A stretch of DNA of 64,000 bases. Source: a virus. The notes beneath the pieces are model-generated. The model saw nothing but the letters and a program-made list of their open reading frames with translations. It did not search any database and was not told where the DNA came from. The stretch spans positions 32,001-96,000 of IMG/VR virus record IMGVR_UViG_3300009506_000002; one strand, written 5' to 3'. A program made the translations under genes and the position numbers. Every line of letters starts with the position of its first letter. The stretch's first letter is position 1. Below are positions 37,096 through 46,929 of this stretch, in pieces.

Positions 37096-38841
37096 TTATC
37101 TCAAGAAGTCTGATGTGATGGTAACTTCACCTTCGGCCAGCAGGATGTTTCGAGCAGAAGCCACGTTGTTAGAAACTGGCTGTGCTGAAAGTGTTACCTT
37201 GTTGCCAATTGTGATGTCGGCATTCCAGTTGTCAAGGATGACCTTACCTGTGTCGTAGTCAATCGTGTGCTTGTTTGATTCACCCAGCACAAGGACGTCG
37301 TCCATGTACAGGTCAACATTGCCAGCAGAGTCATCTTTGAACTGGTATGTTCTGCCAGCAACGGTAGTCCATGGCTTGCTGATAAAGGTGCCTGGAACAA
37401 TAGAGTTCGCAAACTCAAACTCGTAGGTGAAGAAGTCAAGTGTGTTCGGAACGAACTTCTTTGAAATCATCAGTGAGGTTTCGTTGTTCACGATGGCATG
37501 TGCTGCACCGTCAATCGCAGCCAGCAACTTAGAATAGTTGAGGTTTGCATCGAAGTTGCTGGTCAGGTTAGTTGAGAAGTATGCAGTGATCGACGCAGCA
37601 ACAAGCGCTTCCAGCTCTACCTGCGTTTTGGTAGTTGTCTCTTTATCCCAGATGAACTTCGTTGCCGCATCAATGTAGATGTAGTCTGGGTCAATAACCT
37701 CAGGAACAATACCCACAATCTTGAACTTGTCAAGATAGTCGACGACTGATTCCTTGACCGCTGTCGTAGTGGTTTCGCCGTAGTCAGGTTTGATTGAGAT
37801 GAACACCTTACCGAAGATCTTTGGCACATTGCGCTCGCCACCCCAGACGTTGAGACTTTCAATCCAACCGTACTTGTCAAGCAAGATTGCTCTGTAGTCG
37901 TCCTCAGTTACAGCTCGTCCCTGAGCCTGATAAATCTTCGGCGCGATATGGCGGATACTCTCAATTGATTCTTCAGCGCTGCCGCCTGCTGCTTGGCTAA
38001 TTGTCTCGAGGATGAACAGGTTGGTCGCATATCCACCAACCGGGTTAACCAAACTGAATACGTTCGCATAGTTTGCGTCCTTGCCATCAGTCACAAGGTA
38101 ATCGACAATGACCTGATTCTGGTCAGTCAGTTTTGAACCAAGAACGCCATCGCCAAAGTAGATCTCGACCTTGCCATCTGAGGTCTCTTGCATAAAGTAA
38201 GCCTTGCTGGTCGGACCGAGGGATGTGATGTCAGTAGATAGCTTCCACTCAACCGCAGTAGAATCGTCTGCTGCCGCGGTCGCTTTGACTCGGACCGTGA
38301 TGTGATCAAGATCAACGGTGAACTTGTCTGGCAGGATGAATGGCTTAGGAGCAGTCACATCGTAGTTGAAACGGAATGTCTGGTATCGACCTTGCGCAAT
38401 GTCAAAGCTCGCGTTATAATCACCACCGCCTTGATCAGTCAGGCTGTAGGCGTCTGTAGTGACAAACTGGTACGACTGACCGTCAATTGACGATACGAAC
38501 TGGGTGCCCTTTGGCACCTCAATGCTGGCAGGTGATCCTGCAGGGTTGAGAATCTTCAAATTGATATTCGCCACCGCTGCCTGACTCTGACGCGGCATGT
38601 AGCCATGCTCCTTAGCGCGTGACACGATTGAAGAACGAAGCTGTGCAGAATCCATGAAGATTTCTGAGAAGCTCATGTTGCCATAGACGCCCATGTAGTG
38701 GGTCACGTATGTAAGGATGTCCATCAGCACAGTGATACCTGCGCCTTCAAACTCAAAGTCGGTAAACTCAGGCTGTGACTTCAAGAACGTTACGATGTTG
38801 TTCTTGATTCCTTCAAAGTCGAGTTCGGTTGTAGCTGCCAT
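37096..38841 (-). CDS. gp6: Baseplate wedge protein
   Basis: LDFEGIK, FTDFEFEG, QGRAVTEDDY, GKVFISIKP. Confidence 0.93.
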   Translation of the reverse strand: MAATTELDFEGIKNNIVTFLKSQPEFTDFEFEGAGITVLMDILTYVTHYMGVYGNMSFSEIFMDSAQLRSSIVSRAKEHGYMPRQSQAAVANINLKILNPAGSPASIEVPKGTQFVSSIDGQSYQFVTTDAYSLTDQGGGDYNASFDIAQGRYQTFRFNYDVTAPKPFILPDKFTVDLDHITVRVKATAAADDSTAVEWKLSTDITSLGPTSKAYFMQETSDGKVEIYFGDGVLGSKLTDQNQVIVDYLVTDGKDANYANVFSLVNPVGGYATNLFILETISQAAGGSAEESIESIRHIAPKIYQAQGRAVTEDDYRAILLDKYGWIESLNVWGGERNVPKIFGKVFISIKPDYGETTTTAVKESVVDYLDKFKIVGIVPEVIDPDYIYIDAATKFIWDKETTTKTQVELEALVAASITAYFSTNLTSNFDANLNYSKLLAAIDGAAHAIVNNETSLMISKKFVPNTLDFFTYEFEFANSIVPGTFISKPWTTVAGRTYQFKDDSAGNVDLYMDDVLVLGESNKHTIDYDTGKVILDNWNADITIGNKVTLSAQPVSNNVASARNILLAEGEVTITSDFLR

Positions 38842-38842
38842 A

Positions 38843-39235
38843 TTATCTTACTCTTTCCAGTATGAATGAAATTTTTACGGGTGTATCCAATCCCAGAACT
38901 CGGAAGTAGATAACAACGTCATAGGCGTTCTGATCTTCGTTGTAGTTCACGTTTATTGAGACGATCTCACCACGAGGTTCGTGCTTCTGAATAACGTCAC
39001 GTATATCTTTGGTCAGCGCATCCTCGATGATCGGGGAAACTGGCTCAAAAAGATAGCCGCGCGCGTTACTACCGAGGTAGTGCTGGAACGGTCTCTCATA
39101 GAAGTTGGTCAGAACCAACGTCTTGATTGACTGCTCGACAGCTCGTTCGTCAGTAACTTTGATGATGTCGCCAGTCACCGGGTGAGCCTTCATGCTCAGA
39201 TCAATGTCGACGTAAACCTTACGAGTGCGCTTCAT
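38843..39235 (-). CDS. gp25: Baseplate wedge / sheath initiator
   Basis: SIKTLVLTNFYERPF..GS, HEPR. Confidence 0.93.
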   Translation of the reverse strand: MKRTRKVYVDIDLSMKAHPVTGDIIKVTDERAVEQSIKTLVLTNFYERPFQHYLGSNARGYLFEPVSPIIEDALTKDIRDVIQKHEPRGEIVSINVNYNEDQNAYDVVIYFRVLGLDTPVKISFILERVR

Positions 39236-39247
39236 AATGAATATTTA

Positions 39248-40216
39248 TTACGTCTGTTGCTGGTTAGGTGCGCTGACTGGAACACCTAGGTTACCAATGT
39301 GATCGTGACCGTTGTAGGTATCACGCATTTCTTGCATTGTTCCGTTCGCGTCGTTAACCTGATCAGCCGCCTGAACACTTGCGTCGGTTGAAATATTTTG
39401 GGTTACATGCAGTCTACCCTTGATTGTGTGCAGTGGAGTCTCCTCGGTCACGTTGCCAATGACCTTAAGGTTGCAGTTGCCTGAGATGGTGATATTGCAC
39501 TCACCCTTAATGTGGACATTCTTCTTGCCAGCCACAATCTCATAGCTGTCCTTGACGATCTTATGTACCTCAGTTCCATCCGGATGAACTTCACGGAAGG
39601 TACCTGCTCTATGGTAGTCATGAATACGCTCTGCACCCTCGGTGTCGTCAACTTCAAAGATGTGGCCGCTCTCGCTCTCATGAACGTGATTGAAAGGATA
39701 CTTCGCTGCATACGGAGTTTCTGGCTCGCTCCATTGGCCGCCAGTAGACGTAGGCACATTCTTGTCAGTGCCACTCTTCTTGCCTGGAACAATTGTGCCT
39801 TCAGTTACGCCACGCGCCAAACGGTTGGTGTCTGGCTCACCTTTGTAATCCTGCTTCGGATACTTTTTGTTTGGGTCACCAAAGCCCTCTTCTGTCTGCT
39901 CAGGAACTATTCCTGGAAGCGTGCCAAAGTACACGAGGTTTTGAAGCGCTGAACCGTCACGCGAATAGCCGACAACCCAAGTGCCCTCAACTGGCCCTAG
40001 TGGCGTTTCACCAATTCCGTGCATGTTAGCATTCGTGATAGGACAAACAGGGTGCGCCCAAGGCAGTGAAGCGACAGGGATACCCTCGCCAGTTTTATCA
40101 TCAGGCACGAGTTTTTCGGAGTGGAGACCCACAATGCGCACGCGCACGCGACCCAGCTCTAGCGGATCGTCACGGTCTTCGACAACTCCTTCCCATAGGT
40201 AAAGTCCTTGCATCAT
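39248..40216 (-). CDS. gp5: Baseplate central spike without lysozyme domain
   Basis: OB-fold GVVEDRDDPLELGRVRVR, YPFNHV.ESESGH..E.DDT, C-terminal HDH. Confidence 0.9.
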   Translation of the reverse strand: MMQGLYLWEGVVEDRDDPLELGRVRVRIVGLHSEKLVPDDKTGEGIPVASLPWAHPVCPITNANMHGIGETPLGPVEGTWVVGYSRDGSALQNLVYFGTLPGIVPEQTEEGFGDPNKKYPKQDYKGEPDTNRLARGVTEGTIVPGKKSGTDKNVPTSTGGQWSEPETPYAAKYPFNHVHESESGHIFEVDDTEGAERIHDYHRAGTFREVHPDGTEVHKIVKDSYEIVAGKKNVHIKGECNITISGNCNLKVIGNVTEETPLHTIKGRLHVTQNISTDASVQAADQVNDANGTMQEMRDTYNGHDHIGNLGVPVSAPNQQQT

Positions 40217-40219
40217 GTG

Positions 40220-41497
40220 TTATACCTTCTTCAGGCTGCCCTTGCGTAGTTCAAGGACCTGTGTGTATGATTCTGCTGTGATGACATGCTTGATCTTTGA
40301 GACCAAAAACTTGCCAGACAGATGGCTGTTCATTCGTGGCTTACCGCTGTTCTCCTTCATGGTAGAAGGGATATCCAAGTTGACCACGTTCGCCAGTACG
40401 TGACTTGTGTTACCTGTCACCTCAGCATAAACGATGTAGTTGTCGAGTTGTTGGATGCGTGAGCGGTGAACCTGTCTCCATGGTGTGTCAGCTTTTGAGT
40501 CGTTCTCGTAGTGATATTCACCTGGGAGAATAACCGTAGCTTCCTTGGGGCTATTTGAGCGTAGTCCAGTGAGTGAGCCAGTATCCACAGTCGCGAACTT
40601 GGCGAAGCTGGCTTCATAGTCAAACTCTTCGATGCGGATGTTCTTGTTGATGATGTCGTGATAGATGTATCTGTTGCCGTACAGGCCAGCAGATGCGTTT
40701 GCCAGTTGATCGAAACAGGTAGGCAAAACGAGCGACAAAATCTGGCGGGGATCAGAACGTCTGATTGATTTTTCCTTGTCAGAGAACTTTGAGAAGTCCG
40801 TCATGGTCAAGCTATTGATGGCCTTATTCTTGTGCAGTGCATCCTCGATGATGGTTGAAAGCGCAACAAACTTGAAGCCGTCCTTGTCCTCATAGAACAA
40901 GAAGGTTGAGTCCTTATCTTTGGTTGGAGAACCACCGTCAAGAATATCTGACTGTGCCAAGTGGTTAATAAGCTGAAACGGTGTCCAGTTCGGGCATACC
41001 ACGTTGCGGTCAAAGCGCGACTTCTCAACATACAGCTTCGACGCTGCAATGTCAAGCATATTCTTGCAGACGTTCTCAACAATCTCTGATGCGCGCACTC
41101 CTTGCTCTTCACTGCCAAACGATCTACGCAGGCGCTTCTGCTGATTGAGAATGAATGGCGCAGATGCGAAGAACAGCTTGTAGGTTACGTACTGCTTTGT
41201 GCCGTTAAGAGCATAGTCCTCGCACTTGTAGATGAGGAACTCCTTCTTGAACTTGGCCTTGCTGTTTGTGCTGATTGTGACCACAATCTTTTCTGATCCG
41301 TCACCAATTATCGGGAGAGTCTCGGGCAGATTGTGAGAGTCAAGGAGCTTGACATATCCACTCATGGCGTTCGCGAAGATGTCCTCGTAGAATACCATTT
41401 CTGTGAATACGTGACGGATGTCCACAGATGTACCGTTACGTTCAATCGTCATAGACTCGATGTGAACGTTATTTTGCTCGAAGCCTGTTTCACTCAT
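40220..41497 (-). CDS. Baseplate hub protein (gp27-like)
   Basis: YEDIF..MSG, PNWTPF, FLFYED, SGKFLVSKIKH; next to gp5. Confidence 0.6.
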   Translation of the reverse strand: MSETGFEQNNVHIESMTIERNGTSVDIRHVFTEMVFYEDIFANAMSGYVKLLDSHNLPETLPIIGDGSEKIVVTISTNSKAKFKKEFLIYKCEDYALNGTKQYVTYKLFFASAPFILNQQKRLRRSFGSEEQGVRASEIVENVCKNMLDIAASKLYVEKSRFDRNVVCPNWTPFQLINHLAQSDILDGGSPTKDKDSTFLFYEDKDGFKFVALSTIIEDALHKNKAINSLTMTDFSKFSDKEKSIRRSDPRQILSLVLPTCFDQLANASAGLYGNRYIYHDIINKNIRIEEFDYEASFAKFATVDTGSLTGLRSNSPKEATVILPGEYHYENDSKADTPWRQVHRSRIQQLDNYIVYAEVTGNTSHVLANVVNLDIPSTMKENSGKPRMNSHLSGKFLVSKIKHVITAESYTQVLELRKGSLKKV

Positions 41498-41963
41498 TTA
41501 GTATTGTCTCAAGTTCTTGTTTGATCAGGTCAGTGTATTCAGGGCGGAGAATCTTGATCTTGCGCTTTGCTTCGTTGACCAGCTCCTCATAGTTGAGGTT
41601 TGATACGCTGGCAGCGCCTACGGTGAACTCATCTACTACGTTGCCATCTAGCTCGTAGTGATGCACGCCAAAGCGACCACCGTCGTTGACGTACTTCTCA
41701 TCCACGTAGGCGAGAAGCTCTTTTGACGACAGTACCCAATCATAGAATGGGTCGATGATGTCGTTCATGATCATGATGAGGATATGATACTTCGGGTCAC
41801 TGTAATATTTCAGTGCAATGTCCTCAATCTTCTGACCCTCGTTGATGATATGAGTCTCGAAGATGGCGATGTTGTCCTTCAGATATTTGTGAATTGACAA
41901 GCGGCGCGAGATGTCGGTCAGGATACGACCATCATATACGATTGTCGGGAATTTGTCAAACAT
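41490..41963 (-). CDS. gp53: Baseplate wedge protein
   Basis: FDKFPTIVY, LysM-like IALKYY, NDIIDPFYDW, NEAKRKIKIL. Confidence 0.9.
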   Translation of the reverse strand: MFDKFPTIVYDGRILTDISRRLSIHKYLKDNIAIFETHIINEGQKIEDIALKYYSDPKYHILIMIMNDIIDPFYDWVLSSKELLAYVDEKYVNDGGRFGVHHYELDGNVVDEFTVGAASVSNLNYEELVNEAKRKIKILRPEYTDLIKQELETILNE

Positions 41964-42793
41964 TAGAACCAACCCTCCGAATCAATATTGTCGTAGTCCT
42001 GTGAAGTGATACGCTCCAGTTCTTTGAACGTCAATTCCAGTTTGATGGCAATAGGATCGCCGCCCTCAAACGTAGACCAAATCTGGTTTGGTGTTGAATC
42101 AACATTGACCTGCGTACATGCACACTTCTTGAAGTTGTGAATGATCTTACCACGCGACTTGTGCTCGATCTCCCAATAGTGCGGATACTGAATCCAACCA
42201 TCTGACTGAGAGCGTGGGACAGAGTGATACTTGAACGAGCGGATGATCGCCATTACAGCGCGCAATTCTTCCTCTGATTCTGGCGCAAGTAGGAAGTTGA
42301 AGGTGAACTCGCGGAAGCCAACGCCCTTGAAGAACAGCTCTGTGTTAGGGTTGATGATTTGACCCTGACGCTTTGAGATGATCTGTGCAGTTTTACCACC
42401 CAGCGCGGTTTGGGATGCAACACGAGTTGCGACGTCCTTCAGCTTGTTCATTGAAGTGTCGGTGACTAGGTTGATAAGCGCACCAATGAGGCCAGTCTCA
42501 GTTTCTTCCCAGTTGATCGCAGTGTTCGACAACATCTGATCAGGGTGATATAGGTAGATGGCCTGTCCTGCAGTGAAATTGATTTTTGCTTCTGCATTCT
42601 GGTCAGGTTGGCTCGTCGTAGACGTAGCCTTCGGCGCCTTGTATGAAGAAGGTCTGTATGGTCTGAACATTATCCAGTGATTCTGGGTGTTCTTTTCGGG
42701 GAACACTAGCGGTGAGTCGAATCCAATTCTTCCAGATTTGCTCTGCGCGCTGGCGTGCTCTTTCGCAGCGATAGGATCGTATGATGTTGCCAT
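41963..42793 (-). CDS. gp48: Baseplate tail-tube cap
   Basis: INPNTELFFKGVGFREFTFNFLLAPES; start revised to ATG 42793 below the late promoter. Confidence 0.85.
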   Translation of the reverse strand: MATSYDPIAAKEHASAQSKSGRIGFDSPLVFPEKNTQNHWIMFRPYRPSSYKAPKATSTTSQPDQNAEAKINFTAGQAIYLYHPDQMLSNTAINWEETETGLIGALINLVTDTSMNKLKDVATRVASQTALGGKTAQIISKRQGQIINPNTELFFKGVGFREFTFNFLLAPESEEELRAVMAIIRSFKYHSVPRSQSDGWIQYPHYWEIEHKSRGKIIHNFKKCACTQVNVDSTPNQIWSTFEGGDPIAIKLELTFKELERITSQDYDNIDSEGWF

Positions 42794-42798
42794 GACAA

Positions 42799-42821
42799 TA
42801 TTTATACGGCTCCCATAAATA
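42799..42821. promoter_or_regulatory. Back-to-back late promoters
   Basis: TATAAATA (-, 42799-42806) and CATAAATA (+, 42814-42821), each 5 nt from an ATG. Confidence 0.85.
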
Positions 42822-42826
42822 ATGGT

Positions 42827-43276
42827 ATGGCTTATAAGGGTGTGTTTCGTCCATCTAATCCTGAGAAGTACCGTGGTGACATTACAAAGATCATCTACCG
42901 GAGCTCTTGGGAGCGTAAATTCATGGAGTTTTGTGACCATAACTCTAGCATTCTGCTATGGAATTCTGAAGGTGTGGTCATCCCATATATTTCTCCAGTG
43001 GACGGAGAGCGACACAGGTACTTTATTGACTTCTGGATTCGTATGCGTGACAAGCACGGCAACATCGTAGAGAAGTTGATTGAGATCAAGCCAAACGCGC
43101 AACGCCACCCACCAAAAGAACCCCAACGCAAGACCAAGAGATATTTTGGTGCTGTGAAAACATACGCGGTCAATCAGGCCAAGTGGAAAGCGGCTGAACT
43201 GATTGCGGAGCAGAACAACATGCAGTTCGTTGTTCTTGACGAATACGATTTGGGTATCAAGAAGAGGAAAAAGTAA
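42827..43276 (+). CDS. gp4: Head completion protein (TnsA-like nuclease fold)
   Basis: NPEKYRGD, YRSSWE, HRYFIDF, IEIKP, NQAKWKAA. Confidence 0.93.
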   Translation: MAYKGVFRPSNPEKYRGDITKIIYRSSWERKFMEFCDHNSSILLWNSEGVVIPYISPVDGERHRYFIDFWIRMRDKHGNIVEKLIEIKPNAQRHPPKEPQRKTKRYFGAVKTYAVNQAKWKAAELIAEQNNMQFVVLDEYDLGIKKRKK

Positions 43277-43849
43277 TTGGCACGCTTTACAGTACCGCAG
43301 AGATTTCTTGATCGTCTGGGCATTGGCAAAAAGCTAAGCCCAAGCCAGCTCGCGCGCGATGCGATGCAGTGGTTCCAAGGAAAGACTGCCAGAAGCATTA
43401 TGAGTGACAAGGAGAAGACTGCCATCCCGAAGCTTGGCAAGATGTACCTATTCCTCTATGATGCAAAGCACAAAGATACACTTCCATATTGGGACAAGCA
43501 ACCACTAATCATCGTGATCAAGAAGCGCGGCAATTCAGTATGGGGCTTGAACTTGCACTATCTTCCTCCTACGCTGAGAATCAAGCTGCTGTCTCAGCTT
43601 ATGGAATACGCATCGAATGATCGCATGGATGAGACAACAAAGTTGCGCGTGACGTACAGCTTCCTGAAGAGTGCGTCAAAGCTAAAGGAATTCAAGCCAA
43701 CGATTCACCGATACCTGTACAACCACACGAAGTCGCAGTTCGCGCTTATTCCTGCCAATGAGTGGAAGTTCGTCACAATGATGCCAATTGCGAAGTGGCA
43801 AGGTGCCAGCTCTGGCACAGTTTACAACGATTCACGAGGTAAGATCTAA
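43277..43849 (+). CDS. gp2: DNA end protector protein
   Basis: YDAKHKDTLPYWD, GLNLHYLPP. Confidence 0.92.
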   Translation: MARFTVPQRFLDRLGIGKKLSPSQLARDAMQWFQGKTARSIMSDKEKTAIPKLGKMYLFLYDAKHKDTLPYWDKQPLIIVIKKRGNSVWGLNLHYLPPTLRIKLLSQLMEYASNDRMDETTKLRVTYSFLKSASKLKEFKPTIHRYLYNHTKSQFALIPANEWKFVTMMPIAKWQGASSGTVYNDSRGKI

Positions 43850-44505
43850 TGTCAAAACTTGGAGATACCAGAAAGCCAACACCTGGAATTGGAACCATTC
43901 TTGACCCCATTCACAACCTCAAGACGATGGCACTTGACTTCGCGCGTCCGAACAAGTACATTGTGCAGCTATTCCCAAACCGACTGAAGATCCCTTTCCG
44001 TTCGGTGCTTGGCATCCCGTTTGATGAGGCGCTCTCGCTGGCGTGCAGCAACGCCGTGCTTCCAGGCAAAAATTACACCACATTCGATGATCGTCGAGGC
44101 TTGCCAAACTCGGCGAAGAAAGCTGGCGACTTGGTCTACAATGATGTGCAGCTAACCTTCCAGGTCTCTTCATTGATGATCGAACACAACGTCATCCAGG
44201 AATGGATGAACTTCATCTATGATGAGAATGGCGAGTTCTACAATTTTCACAAAGATTATAAGACGGATATACATATCATACAACTGAACCAGACACGCCA
44301 TCCGGTCAAGTATGTCAAGCTGATTGACGCTTTCCCGACTCAGATGGGCGACATTGCGCTCGGTTACGATATGAATGACCAGATTGAGACATTCAACGTC
44401 ACCTTCGCTTATCACCATTGGGAGTCAATCGATCTGACAAATGCGCAGGCCACTGTTCCTGACCTAGTCGAGCAGATGGTGAGTAAGATTCCTCAGCTAT
44501 TCTAG
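43849..44505 (+). CDS. gp54: Baseplate tail-tube initiator (tube fold)
   Basis: ARPNKY, AFPTQMG, FNVTFAYHHW. Confidence 0.75.
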   Translation: MSKLGDTRKPTPGIGTILDPIHNLKTMALDFARPNKYIVQLFPNRLKIPFRSVLGIPFDEALSLACSNAVLPGKNYTTFDDRRGLPNSAKKAGDLVYNDVQLTFQVSSLMIEHNVIQEWMNFIYDENGEFYNFHKDYKTDIHIIQLNQTRHPVKYVKLIDAFPTQMGDIALGYDMNDQIETFNVTFAYHHWESIDLTNAQATVPDLVEQMVSKIPQLF

Positions 44506-44516
44506 GAGATTATTGA

Positions 44517-45242
44517 ATGACATCATTGCCGCAAATTAGCGCACCCGTAAGTAAGACAACCCTTCCATGCTCAGGCATTGAAGTTGAATTTCGTCCGTTC
44601 TTGGTAAAAGAGGAGAAGATCCTCATCATTGCTGCAGAAAGTGAAGATGAAAAAGCAATCGACGCCGCTGTCCTGCAAGTTGTGACCAACTGCACCTTTG
44701 GCAAGATTGACTTTGAGAAGGTGCCAGCCGTTGATCTTCAGTGGATGATCCTGCAACTGCGCAAACATGCAAAGGGCAACAACATCGAGCTGTTCTTCAA
44801 GTGTGAAGCCACGGACGAAGAAGGCAAGAAGTGCGGTCATACCAACGAGATCGTGAAGAAGATTGACGATGTGAAATACTACGGTCCGACCAGCGGCTCA
44901 AAGCGCATTGAGTTGACCGATCAGATCGGCATCAAGATGAAAGTGCCAACTATGAAGGACGCCAAGGACATTCGCATGAATGACTCGGTCGAAGGCATGT
45001 TTGACACAATCATCTCCGCTATGGAAATGATCTATAACGGAGACGAAGTATGGCAGATCGAGAACGTACCACGCAAAGAGCTTGAGGCGTTCATTGAAGA
45101 GCTGCCACCAACCCAGTTTAACCGTGTGCAAGCATTTATCGACAACCTACCTCGCCTCGTGCTTGAAGTAGATTTCGAGTGCAAGAAGTGCAAGCATACA
45201 GAAAAAATTGAATTGACAGGACTAGACTCTTTTTTCGTGTAA
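44517..45242 (+). CDS. gp26: Baseplate hub assembly protein (gp26-like)
   Basis: FRPFLVKEEKIL, CKKCKH, LTGLDSFF; ends on a slippery heptamer. Confidence 0.85.
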   Translation: MTSLPQISAPVSKTTLPCSGIEVEFRPFLVKEEKILIIAAESEDEKAIDAAVLQVVTNCTFGKIDFEKVPAVDLQWMILQLRKHAKGNNIELFFKCEATDEEGKKCGHTNEIVKKIDDVKYYGPTSGSKRIELTDQIGIKMKVPTMKDAKDIRMNDSVEGMFDTIISAMEMIYNGDEVWQIENVPRKELEAFIEELPPTQFNRVQAFIDNLPRLVLEVDFECKKCKHTEKIELTGLDSFFV

Positions 45243-45244
45243 TC

Positions 45245-45421
45245 GTGATTGACGACACCTTGCAGTCGTTCTATAAGCTGAATTTTGAACTAAGACACGA
45301 ACATGGTTACTCACTGACGGAGATTGAAAACATGCTCCCGTGGGAACGTGAAGTCTTTACCTTCATGATTATTAAACGACTCCAAGAGAAGAAAGAGGCA
45401 CTACAAAATGCCAACAGATAA
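45245..45421 (+). CDS. gp51-like short ORF, probably read as a -1 frameshift extension of gp26 (not in ORF track)
   Basis: ...LQSFYKLNFELRHEHGYSLTEIENMLPWEREVF...; no Shine-Dalgarno. Confidence 0.75.
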   Translation: MIDDTLQSFYKLNFELRHEHGYSLTEIENMLPWEREVFTFMIIKRLQEKKEALQNANR

Positions 45422-46877
45422 CACAGTATCGTTCGCAAAAGGCGTCACCGAGCAGCTAAAGCAAAGCAAGTCTCTGGGTGAAATTTCTGACCATTCTCAG
45501 AACATGCTGAAAGAGTTGAAGTCAACGCAGAAGTCATTTGAGATGCTGCAAATTGAACTTGCTCCACAGCGTGAGATTCTCGATGCGGCTGTCAAGGACA
45601 ATTCGTACCTAAAGGATGTGGTTGATCAGCTCGATGGTCTGGTAAAGCTCGATGGTGCAGCGCGCAAGGATCAGAAGATTGGTCTGGCTCGCTTGGCACA
45701 AATCCGCAAGGATCTCGATGGCAATAAGGAAATCAGTGATGAATCACGTGCCATCCTTGACCGCTACATGCAAAGAATCGACGAGGGTTTGACGAAGCAG
45801 TCGAACATTCTGAACTCAATCAAGAAAGCTGCCTATGAGAATATTGACAAGATCACAGGCGGCATTGCCTATGCGCTTGGCGAATCACCGCTTGGAATGA
45901 TGCTGTCTGGCTTCCTGTCAACGAAGATCAAGGAGATCTTCGAGCGCAGACGCGAAGCCAAGAATCAAAAAGCCAACCTTGCCAAGCTGAAGGCGATTGA
46001 AGCTGCAACAAAGGGTGTTGAGAAAGCAGTCAAAGGAAGCAAGCCAACGCGCCTAGATGCTGCACAGGCAGCACCTACACGAACAACTGCTCGTGGAGCA
46101 CCAGTTCGTAGAAAAGCAGGCATTGGCGCTCGTATGACAATGATCATGGTCGCTGGTATGATCAGATTGTTCTCAATGGCAACGAGTGCAGTCACCGGAC
46201 TGGTTAGTGCGGTGTCACTGATTTCGGGCGGTATTCAACTGGCTTGGACTGCCCTGTCTGGCTTTGCATCATTCATCTGGGATATGATCAAGAATCTCGG
46301 TAGCGCACTTGCGCGTCTGATTCCGGGCTTCAGTGGTGACAAGACAACCGCAGGTGGCAAAGCAAGCAAGACAACGAAGCCGGGTGGTAAAGCCACACAG
46401 ATGTCTAAGACTGGCTCTGTGGTGAAGAAGGGTGCTGGCAAAGCGCTCTCAATTGCAGGTCGAGGTGCAGCGCTACTAGGTCCTGCTGCTGCCGTTGCTG
46501 GCGCTGGCTATGCTGGTTGGGAAATCGGATCTTGGCTGAATGATGAACTCAATAGCCTTGTGAAGAACGCAACTGGCGGCAAGTCACAGTCGCTCGGTGA
46601 GTGGATTTACGATAAGACTCATGATGACAAGACACAGAATTTGGTCGCGGCCACTTCTGAAAATGTCAAGGCAGTGAACGGTGCCAAGTCTGGTGCTCTG
46701 GTTCAATCACAGCGCGAACTTGAAGCAATGAGACATCCTACTGCAGAAGGCGCAGGTGGCTCAAGCTCTACTGTGGTTCAAACATCTCAGACAACGAATC
46801 AGGTCATTGCACCACGCATCGATCCTTCGAACCACGACCCATCATTCCTCAAGGCCTCACTCGCAGGCGCAACATAA
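45408..46877 (+). CDS. Tape measure protein (gp29-like)
   Basis: Helical, Ala/Gly-rich, central hydrophobic segments; follows gp26/gp51. Confidence 0.65.
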   Translation: MPTDNTVSFAKGVTEQLKQSKSLGEISDHSQNMLKELKSTQKSFEMLQIELAPQREILDAAVKDNSYLKDVVDQLDGLVKLDGAARKDQKIGLARLAQIRKDLDGNKEISDESRAILDRYMQRIDEGLTKQSNILNSIKKAAYENIDKITGGIAYALGESPLGMMLSGFLSTKIKEIFERRREAKNQKANLAKLKAIEAATKGVEKAVKGSKPTRLDAAQAAPTRTTARGAPVRRKAGIGARMTMIMVAGMIRLFSMATSAVTGLVSAVSLISGGIQLAWTALSGFASFIWDMIKNLGSALARLIPGFSGDKTTAGGKASKTTKPGGKATQMSKTGSVVKKGAGKALSIAGRGAALLGPAAAVAGAGYAGWEIGSWLNDELNSLVKNATGGKSQSLGEWIYDKTHDDKTQNLVAATSENVKAVNGAKSGALVQSQRELEAMRHPTAEGAGGSSSTVVQTSQTTNQVIAPRIDPSNHDPSFLKASLAGAT

Positions 46878-46880
46878 CGC

Positions 46881-46910
46881 AAAATGGGGAGCCCGAAGGC
46901 TCCCTATTTC
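46881..46910. terminator. Bidirectional terminator between convergent genes
   Basis: AAAATGGGGAGCC-CGAA-GGCTCCCTATTT. Confidence 0.85.
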
Positions 46911-46929
46911 GTTTGGCGGAGATGAAGAC

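Noticed and set aside
42794-42940. 49-aa N-terminal extension of gp48 in the ORF track
   Set aside because: It overlaps gp4 on the other strand and lies upstream of the late promoter.
42827-43276. TnsA-like nuclease as a transposon
   Set aside because: Sequence and position match the core head-completion gene gp4; no transposon ends or partners.
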